Source of the DNA: Bacteroidales bacterium
Lineage (GTDB): Bacteria; Bacteroidota; Bacteroidia; Bacteroidales; Prolixibacteraceae
Length of the DNA: 64,000 nucleotides
Direction: 5' to 3'
Assembly: GCA_047974415.1 (NCBI GenBank)
Contig: JBKECH010000002.1
Location: 13,419-77,418, forward strand
Shown one piece after another: positions 48,160 through 57,220 of this stretch; the stretch's first letter is position 1; the number at the start of each line of letters is the position of its first letter. The translations under genes and the position numbers were made by a program. Under the pieces are notes generated by a model. It saw nothing but the letters and a program-made list of their open reading frames with translations, had not been told where the DNA came from and did no database searches.

Positions 48160-48451
48160 TTACCTATTATTGTTCTCTTCCTCTTCCTCAACAGTGATAC
48201 CTTTCTCTTTTAGCTCTGCAAGTTTAATAGCAGTCTGAATATTCCTATTAATATTTGATAGACTCCTAAGTAGCACATAACTTAAAAATGATAATACAAA
48301 AAAACCTAGAGCCGTAAATGCTATTTCTCCATCAACCCCAACCCATTATCATTAAAGCGCTTGCTAATGAGCCTATACTAATTATCGCTATGCCTATGCC
48401 ATTTGTTATTTTTACCTAAGAACCTTTAAAATTATACGTGATTTTACTCAT
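48160..48451 (-). pseudogene. Frameshifted small membrane protein gene with SHOCT-like C-terminus
   Basis: Three consecutive reading-frame pieces on the minus strand: MSKITYNFKGS*, VKITNGIGIAIISIGSLASALMIMGWG*, and DGEIAFTALGFFVLSFLSYVLLRSLSNINRNIQTAIKLAELKEKGITVEEEEENNNR*. Confidence 0.5.
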
Positions 48452-48595
48452 AACAAATCTGTTCTTATTTCCATGCCTACTCCATAAGCTTTTCGGCTAC
48501 CGCTGTTATTGTTATGAAACAGCCATGGCTATATGCTTTAAGCTTTCCGGCACACAGGCGAATGATTATAAGCCGCAAATGCATTCCACGCCCCT

Positions 48596-49309
48596 CTACG
48601 CTTGTTTTGTATTTCCCCGAGTTTTGATGTTTTGGTTAGCGCGGTTTATTTCCACGGCAATTTTGCGAGCAAATTCTTCGTGTGTGTTTGGCGAAATCTT
48701 CGTCATGGCACGCATATACATCACCAGCTGGTCGTTTATCACCTCCATCACCACCGGCTTTAGCTCGCTTGCCGACTGCTCGCCTTTGCTCACACTAAGC
48801 TGCGAGGTGTATTTGCTGTGTGCCTGCTGAAAATCGCTTTGCGTCTGCTTCAGGTTTTCCACCATGACATCGAGCTGGGCAATAGCTGCCACTTGTGCCT
48901 TTATTTCCGCCACCTCTAGCTCTTCGATAATTGATTTCATTTGAGCCGTTTGTTCGATATACGACATTCGGATCATGCTCAAGCCATATTTCTCGAAAAT
49001 GGCGAAAATGCGCTCTGCCGCCACTTGGGCTTCTCCGGCAGGCAGCAGGGTGCAAGCTTCGAGATACTGATAGCAGGCTCTGAAAGCACCGTCGCGATTT
49101 TGGTCGAAACTTTCAAGCAACGAGTGCGCCTTGTTCTTTTCGATGGCGGTGATGAGCTGCGCATTTTTCTCCTCCAGCAATGCTATGGTGGCATGCAGAG
49201 AGGCATCGTCGGCAATGGGGGCATCGTGATACGCCTTGAGCAGGTTTTCTGCTGTTCCGCCCACTTCGTTCACGCGGGCCGATGCGTTTAGAATAGAAAT
49301 TGTAGTCAT
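48596..49309 (-). CDS. Hypothetical helical protein (resembles the Bacteroidota DUF6261-type family)
   Basis: MTTISILNASARVNEVGGTAENLLKAYHD...; 237 aa, predicted all-helical. The start is set at complement 49307-49309, because the longer track ORF (to 49621) reads through the tandem repeat. Confidence 0.6.
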   Translation of the reverse strand: MTTISILNASARVNEVGGTAENLLKAYHDAPIADDASLHATIALLEEKNAQLITAIEKNKAHSLLESFDQNRDGAFRACYQYLEACTLLPAGEAQVAAERIFAIFEKYGLSMIRMSYIEQTAQMKSIIEELEVAEIKAQVAAIAQLDVMVENLKQTQSDFQQAHSKYTSQLSVSKGEQSASELKPVVMEVINDQLVMYMRAMTKISPNTHEEFARKIAVEINRANQNIKTRGNTKQA

Positions 49310-49336
49310 AACGTTATATTTAAAGATGTTTTGTTT

Positions 49337-49565
49337 AATCGAGAGTTTCTCGATAGCTGCCCAACGAGTGTTTGGGCAATCGAGAGTTTCTCGATAGCTG
49401 CCCAACGAGTGTTTGAACAATCGAGAGTTTCTCGATAGCTGCCCAACGAGTGTTTGAACAATCGAGAGTTTCTCGATAGCTGCCCAACGAGTGTTTGAAC
49501 AATCGAGAGTTTCTCGATAGCCGTCCAACGAGTGTTTGGGCAATCGAGAGTTTCTCGATGGCTGA
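49337..49565. repeat. Tandem array 3: 41-bp unit x~5.5, each unit containing a 7-bp-stem hairpin
   Basis: AATCGAGAGTTTCTCGATAGCTGCCCAACGAGTGTTTGRRC starts at 49337, 49378, 49419, 49460, 49501 and 49542. ATCGAGA-GTT-TCTCGAT is a palindrome. The array ends 27 nt upstream of the adjacent gene's ATG. Confidence 0.95.
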
Positions 49566-49962
49566 CTTTGATGTATGGACGCACCAATGCCGAAAGCTAT
49601 TTTTTGCAAAACCTTCGGCATGGGGAACTAAAAGTAGTATGTTTGTCCTTTTAAAAAAGAGAGAGCGGGCGGGAAATCTAGGATGAGTGTTTATAAAAAT
49701 ATCAACACCACCCAAATTAAATGAGATTTTTTCACCAAAAACTTTTCGCACAGATAGGGTCTTCTCCCTTGTGCTGGCAGAACTTGCAGTTCCTATATGT
49801 TTTAGTGCCTTACTCATAATTAGGGGTAAAGATAGGTAAAACTAAATTAATATAAGCCAACTTTCACTCGCAAAAATATTTTCAACAAAAAATCGGCTAT
49901 TTTTCGATGTTAGCCTAACTATAACCCGCTGATGAAAACATAACATACCTGCGTACTGAACA

Positions 49963-50023
49963 GAATTCAACCCAAATGCAAAGTGAGCATAACGCAGATA
50001 TTGGACTTTATAGACGGACTCTA
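49963..50023 (+). mobile_element. MITE-like repeat family 1, right-half fragment (forward)
   Basis: ...ATGCAAAGTGAGCATAACGCAGATATTGGACTTTATAGACGGACTCTA. Confidence 0.8.
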
Positions 50024-50126
50024 AGTAAGCGAAACATTATGAGAGATAACTTCATGGGCTAAAGTTCCTATTTAATAGAGCAAATTTGCAAAAAACTCAC
50101 TATTTTTGCGAGCTGTTATTAAATTT

Positions 50127-50271
50127 CGACTGATTATAAAGTCGGGAGTCTGTACTGAAAAATTAAGTGTGGGGGCTTGTAAAGCTCTGTAGGTCGGGGT
50201 GCTACTTGTGCGAAAGACTTGTTCGCACAAGTGAGTATGTCGCAAGAATCGGACTTTATAGACGAACTCTA
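50127..50271 (+). mobile_element. MITE-like repeat family 1, divergent copy 7 (forward) with a different internal hairpin
   Basis: ...GATTATAAAGTCGGGAGTCTGTACTGAAAAATTAAGTGTGGGGGCTTG...CTTGTGCGAA-AGACTTG-TTCGCACAAG...GAATCGGACTTTATAGACGAACTCTA. Confidence 0.7.
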
Positions 50272-50332
50272 AATGGATTGTTTTTCAGGCATGCAATAGT
50301 AAGGTATTCTAGTAATCATAAAAAACAAACAA

Positions 50333-51514
50333 ATGGATTTTGATTTCGATAGTGTAGTCAATAGAAGAAATACACACAGCATGAAGTGGGATGGAATGCA
50401 CGCATTTTACGAAACCAATGATTTGCTGCCAATGTGGGTTGCGGATATGGACTTTAAGAGTCCAATTTGTGTTAGAGATTTATTTGCAAAAACCCTTGAA
50501 CAGGGAGTTTTTGGATATAATATGCTAGATGACGACCTGCGCAACTCTATCGTGACATGGGTTAAGAAACGTCATGGGTGGGACATTGAGAAGGACTGGA
50601 TAGGCTTTACACCAGGAGTTGTTTCTGCTCTTTCTACCGCCATTCAGTTTCTTACAAATAAAGGTGATGGAGTGCTTATTCAGCCACCAGTGTATCATCC
50701 TTTTTACAATGTAATAAACGATAATGGGCGAAAATTGATAACAAACCCTCTGAAACACGAGGATGGTAGATATTATTTCGACTTAGACGATTTGGAGGGA
50801 AAAATCAAAAAACATTCTCCAAAGATGCTTATTTTGTGCAATCCGCACAATCCTAGTGGGCGAGTCTGGGAAAAAGAAGAACTGATTCAGCTCGGAGAAA
50901 TTTGCTCAAAACATGGGGTGATAGTTATTTCCGATGAAATACATTGCGACCTCACCTTGTCTGGCGTAAGGCATCATCCTTTTGGAATGCTTAGTACAGA
51001 CGGTTCCCAAAAATCAATAGTTGCAATGGCAGCAAGCAAAACTTTTAATATCGCAGGTTTGGGCTTTTCTTTTGTCATTGTTCCCGACATGCAGATGCGA
51101 GAAAGATACCTTAAAAAGATAGAAACCCTGCAAATAGGGCATGGTAGCACTTTTGGCTTACTGGCAACAATGAAGGTCTTTGAAGAGGGCGAAGCTTGGC
51201 TTGCTAAGTTAATAGAATATATCGAAGGAAATTTTGATTTCTTGTCTAAGTTTATTGCAAATAACCTACCTGATGTTAGAGTGATGAAACCCGATGCAAG
51301 TTTCTTGGTATGGCTAGATTTTAATGAATATGCTATGTCGGAAGTCGAATTGCAAAACAAGTTTTTAGAAGATGCCAAAGTTGCTCCAAACTTTGGAGAG
51401 ATGTTTGGTAAAGAAGGCAGAGGCTTTGTGCGCTTGAATATGGGATGTCCAAGAGCGACATTGAAACAAGGTTTAAATCAGATATTAGAAGCTTTTACTC
51501 ACAACACACACTGA
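50333..51514 (+). CDS. PatB/MalY-type class I/II aminotransferase (putative C-S lyase / cystathionine beta-lyase)
   Basis: NRRNTHSMKWD, PMWVADMDF, LCNPHNPSGRVW, SDEIHCDL, SKTFNIAG (PLP Lys). Confidence 0.85.
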   Translation: MDFDFDSVVNRRNTHSMKWDGMHAFYETNDLLPMWVADMDFKSPICVRDLFAKTLEQGVFGYNMLDDDLRNSIVTWVKKRHGWDIEKDWIGFTPGVVSALSTAIQFLTNKGDGVLIQPPVYHPFYNVINDNGRKLITNPLKHEDGRYYFDLDDLEGKIKKHSPKMLILCNPHNPSGRVWEKEELIQLGEICSKHGVIVISDEIHCDLTLSGVRHHPFGMLSTDGSQKSIVAMAASKTFNIAGLGFSFVIVPDMQMRERYLKKIETLQIGHGSTFGLLATMKVFEEGEAWLAKLIEYIEGNFDFLSKFIANNLPDVRVMKPDASFLVWLDFNEYAMSEVELQNKFLEDAKVAPNFGEMFGKEGRGFVRLNMGCPRATLKQGLNQILEAFTHNTH

Positions 51515-51626
51515 ATGCCAAAATGCCATAGAGAGCAGTCTGAGCAAAAGAAAATAAAGTGTTGTCGATGGGGGGGCAATTATCTTCTTATTTCAAACTC
51601 TTGACATCACGAGTAAACCCTAAATG

Positions 51627-51672
51627 AAAAAGCCATTTATTTCAGAACAAGCTGAGGTAAATGGCCTTTTTT
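51627..51672. terminator. Bidirectional hairpin between convergent genes
   Basis: AAAAAGCCATTTA-N18-TAAATGGCCTTTTTT. Confidence 0.5.
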
Positions 51673-51717
51673 CTGTGCATGTGCGCAGGTAGAGTGCGCA
51701 TAAGTGACTGCTTTCTG

Positions 51718-52239
51718 TTATTTCTTAGTCCGTCCTTTATCTACTTTTCCCTTTTTTGTTTCTGCCTTCACAGCCTTAGGTTTTACTTCAGCCTTGGTTT
51801 TTTTTGTTTCAGCCTTTTTAATCTTGGGTTTATCAGTATTGTCTCCAGCTTCTTCTGCTTCATTTTCCTCAAAATTAAGAAGACCTTTCTCCTCAAGAAG
51901 ATTATACCATTTAATGACTTTCTTTATGTCGTTATCGTACACCTTGTCCTCGTCAAAGTTTGGACAAACCTTGGCAAAGAAACTTCTAAGCTCTTTTTTC
52001 TGAGCCTTCGAGTCAATAGTCCCACCATTTTCAGATATGTTTTTTAGGACCTCCTTCAACGGTGTTTCATCATCATTTGTGTATATTGATACCTCTGCCA
52101 AAGATACCACCTTTCTGCTTGCCATTACAGGGATTTTCTTGCCTGTAATTAGTGATTCTACCACTATCCCGTTTCTAGTCTCGCCAACAGACTTAAAAAG
52201 TCCTGGCTCGCCAGATATTGCCAATATATTCTTCAACAT
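51718..52239 (-). CDS. DUF5606-like protein with Lys/Ala-rich histone-H1-like C-terminal tail
   Basis: MLKNILAISGEPGLFKSVGETRNGIVVESL N-terminus typical of the Bacteroidota family. Tail: KPKIKKAETKKTKAEVKPKAVKAETKKGKVDKGRTKK. Confidence 0.7.
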   Translation of the reverse strand: MLKNILAISGEPGLFKSVGETRNGIVVESLITGKKIPVMASRKVVSLAEVSIYTNDDETPLKEVLKNISENGGTIDSKAQKKELRSFFAKVCPNFDEDKVYDNDIKKVIKWYNLLEEKGLLNFEENEAEEAGDNTDKPKIKKAETKKTKAEVKPKAVKAETKKGKVDKGRTKK

Positions 52240-52354
52240 AAAACTAAATTTTAGACAAAAATACTACTTTTTTTCTATTTCATATTTAACTTCTCGTGGG
52301 GAGATTCAAAATACAGGGGAGCAACGCAATGAAAATAAGCAATATACAAAGTGT

Positions 52355-52541
52355 TAGATGGAGTCTGCCCATAATGCCAAAACTTTGAACTATAAAGTTA
52401 AATGTCAAGGCTTTTCGTTCTGTATGTTGGGAGTTTGTGAATTGGAAGTAGAGACGCCAAACTTGGGCGTATCTACTTGTGTAAATGATTAATTCGCAAA
52501 ATGGGCATAACGCAGGTATTGGACTTTATAGGCAGGCTCTA
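52355..52541 (+). mobile_element. MITE-like repeat family 1, copy 8 (long form, forward)
   Basis: TAGATGGAGTCTGCCCATAATGCC...GAACTATAAAGTTAAATGTCAAGGCTTTTCGTTCTGTAT...GTAGAGACGCCAAACTTGGGCGTATCTAC...GCATAACGCAGGTATTGGACTTTATAGGCAGGCTCTA. Confidence 0.88.
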
Positions 52542-52781
52542 TCATGGAAGGATTTTATTGAAGCAATAACTAGAGTTTAGTAATTGACATATTGTTAGGG
52601 CTTTGAGCGTCTATGCGTTTTTGTTTTTCGAATATGCATGGATAGAATTCGAAAAAAAAACGAGCGTGGATTATCTAAAGGTAGTCAAAACGTAAATAGA
52701 TTGTAATCGAGAGTTTGTGGATTAGAAATAATACTTTAATTTGCACTGTAAAAAATTAGTAATAACGAAAGCGAATTTATT

Positions 52782-53018
52782 ATGTCTGAAATTACAGAAA
52801 AAGTGAAAGCTATTATTGTTGACAAGTTAGGAGTTGACGCAAGTGAAGTTACAACCGATGCTTCATTTACAAACGATTTAGGTGCAGATTCTCTAGATAC
52901 AGTAGAGCTAATCATGGAGCTTGAAAAGGAATTTGATGTAACAATCCCTGATGATCAAGCAGAAAAATTGGGAACTGTAGGGGATGCTATTGCCTACATT
53001 GAGAACTTTCCGAAGTAA
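52782..53018 (+). CDS. acpP: Acyl carrier protein
   Basis: 78 aa, [16 protein letters not shown] phosphopantetheine site. Confidence 0.95.
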   Translation: MSEITEKVKAIIVDKLGVDASEVTTDASFTNDLGADSLDTVELIMELEKEFDVTIPDDQAEKLGTVGDAIAYIENFPK

Positions 53019-53036
53019 TAACTTAATTTTATTCTG

Positions 53037-54284
53037 ATGGAAATTAAAAGAGTGGTTGTAACAGGTTTAGGTACCGTAAATCCACTTGGTAATTCCATTG
53101 CGGAATATTGGGAAGGGCTAAAGAGTGGCAAAAGCGGTGCTGCGTTGATAACAAAGTTTGACGCATCTCAATACAGAACGCAATTTGCTTGTGAAGTTAA
53201 AGGGTTTGCCCCCGAAGACTACATAGAAGATAGAAAAGAGGTCCGTAAAATGGATCTCTTTACTCAATATGCTATGGCTTCGACAGCACAAGCAGTGGAA
53301 GATGCCAAATTAAATTTGGAAAAATTAGACTTAACACGTTGTGGAGTAATTTGGGGTACAGGAATTGGCGGTTTAGAAACATTCCAATCGGAAGTCCTGA
53401 ATCTAGATGTTGCGAAGCCTCGTCTTTCGCCTTTCTTTATTCCTAAAATGATTATTAACATTGCAGGGGGCTTAATTTCGATGAAGTATGGTTTTATGGG
53501 GCCAAGTTTCTCGACTGTTACAGCTTGTGCCTCGAGCAATAATGCAATGATAGAGGCTCTAAACTATATCCGCTTAGGTAAAGCAGATTTGTTTATCACT
53601 GGAGGTGCTGAAGCAGCTATAAACCCAGTCGGAGTTGGTGGATTTAATGCAATGCATGCTCTATCCACGCGCAATGATGACCCTAAAACGGCTTCAAGAC
53701 CGTTCGATAAAGATAGAGACGGTTTTGTGATTGGAGAAGGTGCGGCTACATTAATCCTCGAAGAGTACGAACACGCTGTGGCTAGAGGTGCTAATATCTA
53801 CGGAGAAGTTTTGGGATCTGGTTTGTCTTCCGATGCGTATCATATGACAGCCCCACACCCAGATGGTATAGGAGTAGAACTAGTAATAAATAGTGCAATC
53901 AAAGATGCGGGAATAAAACATGAAGATATTGACTACATCAATGTTCATGGTACATCTACAGGACTAGGCGATGTTGCTGAATCTAATGCTATAAAAAAGG
54001 TGTTTGGCGAACATGCTTATAATCTTAATATTAGTTCCACAAAATCTATGACGGGACATTTACTGGGAGGAGCTGGGGCAGTCGAAGCTATAGCTACTCT
54101 TCTTGCTCTGCGAGATGGGGTAGTGCCCCCGACAATAAACCATTTCACAGATGATGATGATATTGATAACAAATTGAATTTCACCTTCAATACTGCTCAA
54201 AAGCGTGATATGAAATATGCAATGAGTAATACTTTCGGATTTGGAGGTCATAACTCAACGGTAATTTTAAAAAGATTTGAATAG
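53037..54284 (+). CDS. fabF: 3-oxoacyl-ACP synthase II
   Basis: TACASS (Cys), HGTSTGLGD, GHLLGGAG, FGFGGHN. Confidence 0.93.
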   Translation: MEIKRVVVTGLGTVNPLGNSIAEYWEGLKSGKSGAALITKFDASQYRTQFACEVKGFAPEDYIEDRKEVRKMDLFTQYAMASTAQAVEDAKLNLEKLDLTRCGVIWGTGIGGLETFQSEVLNLDVAKPRLSPFFIPKMIINIAGGLISMKYGFMGPSFSTVTACASSNNAMIEALNYIRLGKADLFITGGAEAAINPVGVGGFNAMHALSTRNDDPKTASRPFDKDRDGFVIGEGAATLILEEYEHAVARGANIYGEVLGSGLSSDAYHMTAPHPDGIGVELVINSAIKDAGIKHEDIDYINVHGTSTGLGDVAESNAIKKVFGEHAYNLNISSTKSMTGHLLGGAGAVEAIATLLALRDGVVPPTINHFTDDDDIDNKLNFTFNTAQKRDMKYAMSNTFGFGGHNSTVILKRFE

Positions 54285-54292
54285 TATTCATT

Positions 54293-55057
54293 GTGGTAAG
54301 CAATTTATTTAATAATACGAAACTCTTTGCTCGTGATAGTAAAGAGTTTCGTAGCTATATGAAGCAGCGACTAGGAATAAAACCAAAAAAAATTAAGCTT
54401 TATAAATTAGCTCTTCTGCACCGTTCGGCATCAAAAACAGGAATATTTGGGCAGAGTGTTAACAATGAGCGTTTGGAATATTTGGGCGATGCTGTTCTTA
54501 GCTCCGTAGTGGCCGATTTCTTATTCAATAGGTACCCACTTGAGGATGAAGGTTTTCTTACCATGCTCAGAGCTAAGCTTGTTAATCGGACAATGTTGTC
54601 GGAGCTAGCAGAGAAAATAGGACTCCATAATTTTATAACTTCCAGAATACGCATACATCCCGAGTCGAGTGTCTATGGCGATGCTCTTGAGGCGTTGATA
54701 GGTGCAATATATCTTGATAAGGGCTACAATAAAACTCGTAATGTTATTATCAAAAAAATATACGACGAGCATTTAGATTTTGATGATGTGTCATCAAGTA
54801 TGAATAATTTTAAAAGTATCCTTATAGAGTGGGGGCAGAAGTGTAAAAAGGATATAAAATTCGATACAGATAAGGGGCTTACTAAGGGGCGCAAAACAAT
54901 ATTTAGTTGCACGGTTGTTTTAGACGGTAAAGAGTGTGGCAAAGGGAAAGGTTCTTCAAAAAAAGAGGCTCAACAAAATGCGGCGCAAAACACTTTATTC
55001 CTGATTGAAATGGATGCTCAAAAGGATGAGGATGGAAATTCACCCTGCTGTCCGTAA
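54293..55057 (+). CDS. rnc: Ribonuclease III (GTG start; an ATG alternative lies at 54359)
   Basis: NERLEYLGDAVL signature, C-terminal dsRBD (GKGKGSSKKEAQQNAAQ). Confidence 0.88.
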   Translation: MVSNLFNNTKLFARDSKEFRSYMKQRLGIKPKKIKLYKLALLHRSASKTGIFGQSVNNERLEYLGDAVLSSVVADFLFNRYPLEDEGFLTMLRAKLVNRTMLSELAEKIGLHNFITSRIRIHPESSVYGDALEALIGAIYLDKGYNKTRNVIIKKIYDEHLDFDDVSSSMNNFKSILIEWGQKCKKDIKFDTDKGLTKGRKTIFSCTVVLDGKECGKGKGSSKKEAQQNAAQNTLFLIEMDAQKDEDGNSPCCP

Positions 55058-55773
55058 ATATTCTCCATCTTCTTCAATTCATCGATCTTTCCTATGTCTG
55101 ACCACATAGAACTGTTGTCTAAGTATCCAACAATTTTCTCCCTACCACACAAATCCAGATATTGATCGATAGACGAGAAGGCTCCCTCGCGTGTCATTTT
55201 TTCTAGGTATTCGTTTGTGATAATTTGTATTCCAGAGAAGGGGTAAGCCTTGATAATTCCCTTGCTGTTGCTAGGTTGTCCCCACTTATATTCTTCGGTT
55301 TTTGAATTTTTCCATCCTGCAAGTTCCATTTTGTTGTTAAAGAGCAGAAATCTTTGAGTTTCTCTGTTGCGGACTACAAGTGTTGCGATACCGTCTTGCT
55401 CCTTATGATAAGCCCTAAGTAGCTCTAAGTTTAAATTTGATATAATATCTGTATTAACGACCAGTATATTTTGGTAATTAGCAAGAATGTTTCTTGCCTT
55501 CCATATAGCGCCTCCAGTGTTTAGCAATTCGTTTCTTTCATCGGAAATATGTATCTTGAAATTGCGGAACTGCTCCTGTCCTAGATATTCAATTATTTTC
55601 TCTCCGAAGTGGTGGACATTAACGACAAACTCATTGTAACCGTATGTAGCAAGATGCTCTATTACATGTTTTATCAGAGGTTTTGAGTTAAGCTCGACCA
55701 GGGCTTTTGGCTTATCGGCGGTATGTGGATACAGACGTGTGCCTAGCCCTGCCGCAAGTATCATTGCAATCAT
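55018..55773 (-). CDS. MurU-like sugar-1-phosphate nucleotidyltransferase
   Basis: MILAAGLGTRLYPHTADKPKALVEL (GxGTRL...KP). Its 3' end overlaps rnc convergently by 40 nt. Confidence 0.78.
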   Translation of the reverse strand: MIAMILAAGLGTRLYPHTADKPKALVELNSKPLIKHVIEHLATYGYNEFVVNVHHFGEKIIEYLGQEQFRNFKIHISDERNELLNTGGAIWKARNILANYQNILVVNTDIISNLNLELLRAYHKEQDGIATLVVRNRETQRFLLFNNKMELAGWKNSKTEEYKWGQPSNSKGIIKAYPFSGIQIITNEYLEKMTREGAFSSIDQYLDLCGREKIVGYLDNSSMWSDIGKIDELKKMENIYGQQGEFPSSSF

Positions 55774-55780
55774 AGATGAA

Positions 55781-57220
55781 TTATTTTTTCCAGTTTTCTT
55801 GCTCCAAGTGAATCAACGACACATCTACGTCTGGGAACTTCTTGCTTACATATTCGGTTAAAGACTTGGCCGAATATACCGAACGATGCTGCCCTCCCGT
55901 ACAGCCAAAGTAAACAGAAAGATCGCTGTACTTCTTAATACTGTATTGCCTGATAGATAATCTAATTAGGCTGTAAATGTTAGCCAAGAAGTCGTCTATA
56001 TTAGTTTGGGTTTCAAGATATTGTTTTACTGGAGCGTCTTGTCCAGACAGCTTCTTATATTCATCAAACATACCTGGATTTTTTATAGCACGACAATCAA
56101 AAACAAAGCCACCGCCATTGCCATGTTTGTCTTTAGGTATTCCCTTGCGATATGAAAAACTAAATATTCGAAGGTGCAATTTCTGATGCCTACTGATATC
56201 TTTAAGTTTCTCCGAGCTTTTTAGTATTGATAAAACCTTCTTCAGGTGAGGGATATTTGCGTCTATTTCCCAGTTGTCAAGAATGTGTTCAACGTTTGCA
56301 ATGGCATAAGGGATGCTTTGTAGGAAATGAGACTTTTGTTCGAAGAACCCACGATAACCGTATGCTCCCATCGCCTGCATAATCCTCACTAGAACATAGC
56401 CCTGATAGTGCTTTTTGAACAGCGCTCTATCAACGTCGATTTTCTCGGATAGTTTGTCAAGGTAAAACTCTAGCAGTTTATCTCTAATTTCTTGAGGGAT
56501 ATCAGCTTTTCCATCAAAAAGTAAAGAAGCTACATCATATTGCAAGGCCCCTTTCCGTCCTCCTTGATAGTCAATAAATGAAGGGTTATTCTGACCGTCG
56601 AGCATGATATTTCGTGATTGAAAGTCACGAAACAGGAAATAATCTTGCTCCGCCTCAAGTAGATAGTTGCTGAAAGTCTCGAAGTCATTCTCCAGTTCTT
56701 GTTCGTCGAAGGCTATGCCAGCAAGCTTTAGAAAGTAGTACTTGAAATAACTCAAGTCCCAAAGAATAGATTGTTTGTCGAATGCGTGACGAGGATAGCA
56801 CAACGAGAAGTCGATATTCTTACAAGCGCCTATTTGTAGAGATGGCAATAAGGCAAGTACCTTTTTGTAACATTCAACAAGGTCGTTGGTGAAGTCTCTG
56901 CCAATTCGTTGCTGGGTTAAATAGTCGAAAAGAGTTGTATGCCCTAAATCTTCAATTAGGTAGATGTTATTTTCTAAATCTTCGCTAAAAATCTGTGGGA
57001 CAGGGAGCCTTGCGTTTCTGAGAGCTTCGGAGAAGTGTATGAATGCCTTGTTCTCCTTCAAGTCGGTGTTGTATGCGCCAATTGCTTTGTGGCTGTTGTT
57101 GCTGATTCTAACATACTGACGATTAGAACCTGATGGAGGCACTAAATCAAAATTAAGAGCCTTGTCACCGCTCCATTCTTCAAATAGGAGAGCTAGTTTG
57201 TTTATTATCTCTTTTTCCAC
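55781..57220 (-). CDS. AmgK-like anomeric sugar kinase (APH-fold) fused to a RapZ C-terminal-like domain (GTG start)
   Basis: N-terminal ~330 aa has LFRDFQSRNIML and FIDYQGG (kinase HRDxxxxN / DFQ-type motifs). C-terminal ~135 aa has FVFDCRAIKNPG and VYFGCTGGQHRSVY, which parallels RapZ IGCTGGKHRSVY. Confidence 0.72.
   Translation of the reverse strand: MEKEIINKLALLFEEWSGDKALNFDLVPPSGSNRQYVRISNNSHKAIGAYNTDLKENKAFIHFSEALRNARLPVPQIFSEDLENNIYLIEDLGHTTLFDYLTQQRIGRDFTNDLVECYKKVLALLPSLQIGACKNIDFSLCYPRHAFDKQSILWDLSYFKYYFLKLAGIAFDEQELENDFETFSNYLLEAEQDYFLFRDFQSRNIMLDGQNNPSFIDYQGGRKGALQYDVASLLFDGKADIPQEIRDKLLEFYLDKLSEKIDVDRALFKKHYQGYVLVRIMQAMGAYGYRGFFEQKSHFLQSIPYAIANVEHILDNWEIDANIPHLKKVLSILKSSEKLKDISRHQKLHLRIFSFSYRKGIPKDKHGNGGGFVFDCRAIKNPGMFDEYKKLSGQDAPVKQYLETQTNIDDFLANIYSLIRLSIRQYSIKKYSDLSVYFGCTGGQHRSVYSAKSLTEYVSKKFPDVDVSLIHLEQENWKK

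Noticed and set aside
49310-49817. N-terminal extension of ORF 48596-49621, and ORFs 49335-49817 and 49306-49587
   Set aside because: These read through the 41-bp tandem array (repetitive SRNSRLxKHSLGSYRETLDC peptides in several frames). The credible gene starts at MTTISILN (complement 49307-49309).
51661-52047. ORFs 51661-52047 and 51704-52003 on the plus strand
   Set aside because: They are antisense to the Lys/Ala-rich tail of the DUF5606-like gene. Their Phe/Leu/Ser-rich low-complexity translation is the mirror image of that tail.
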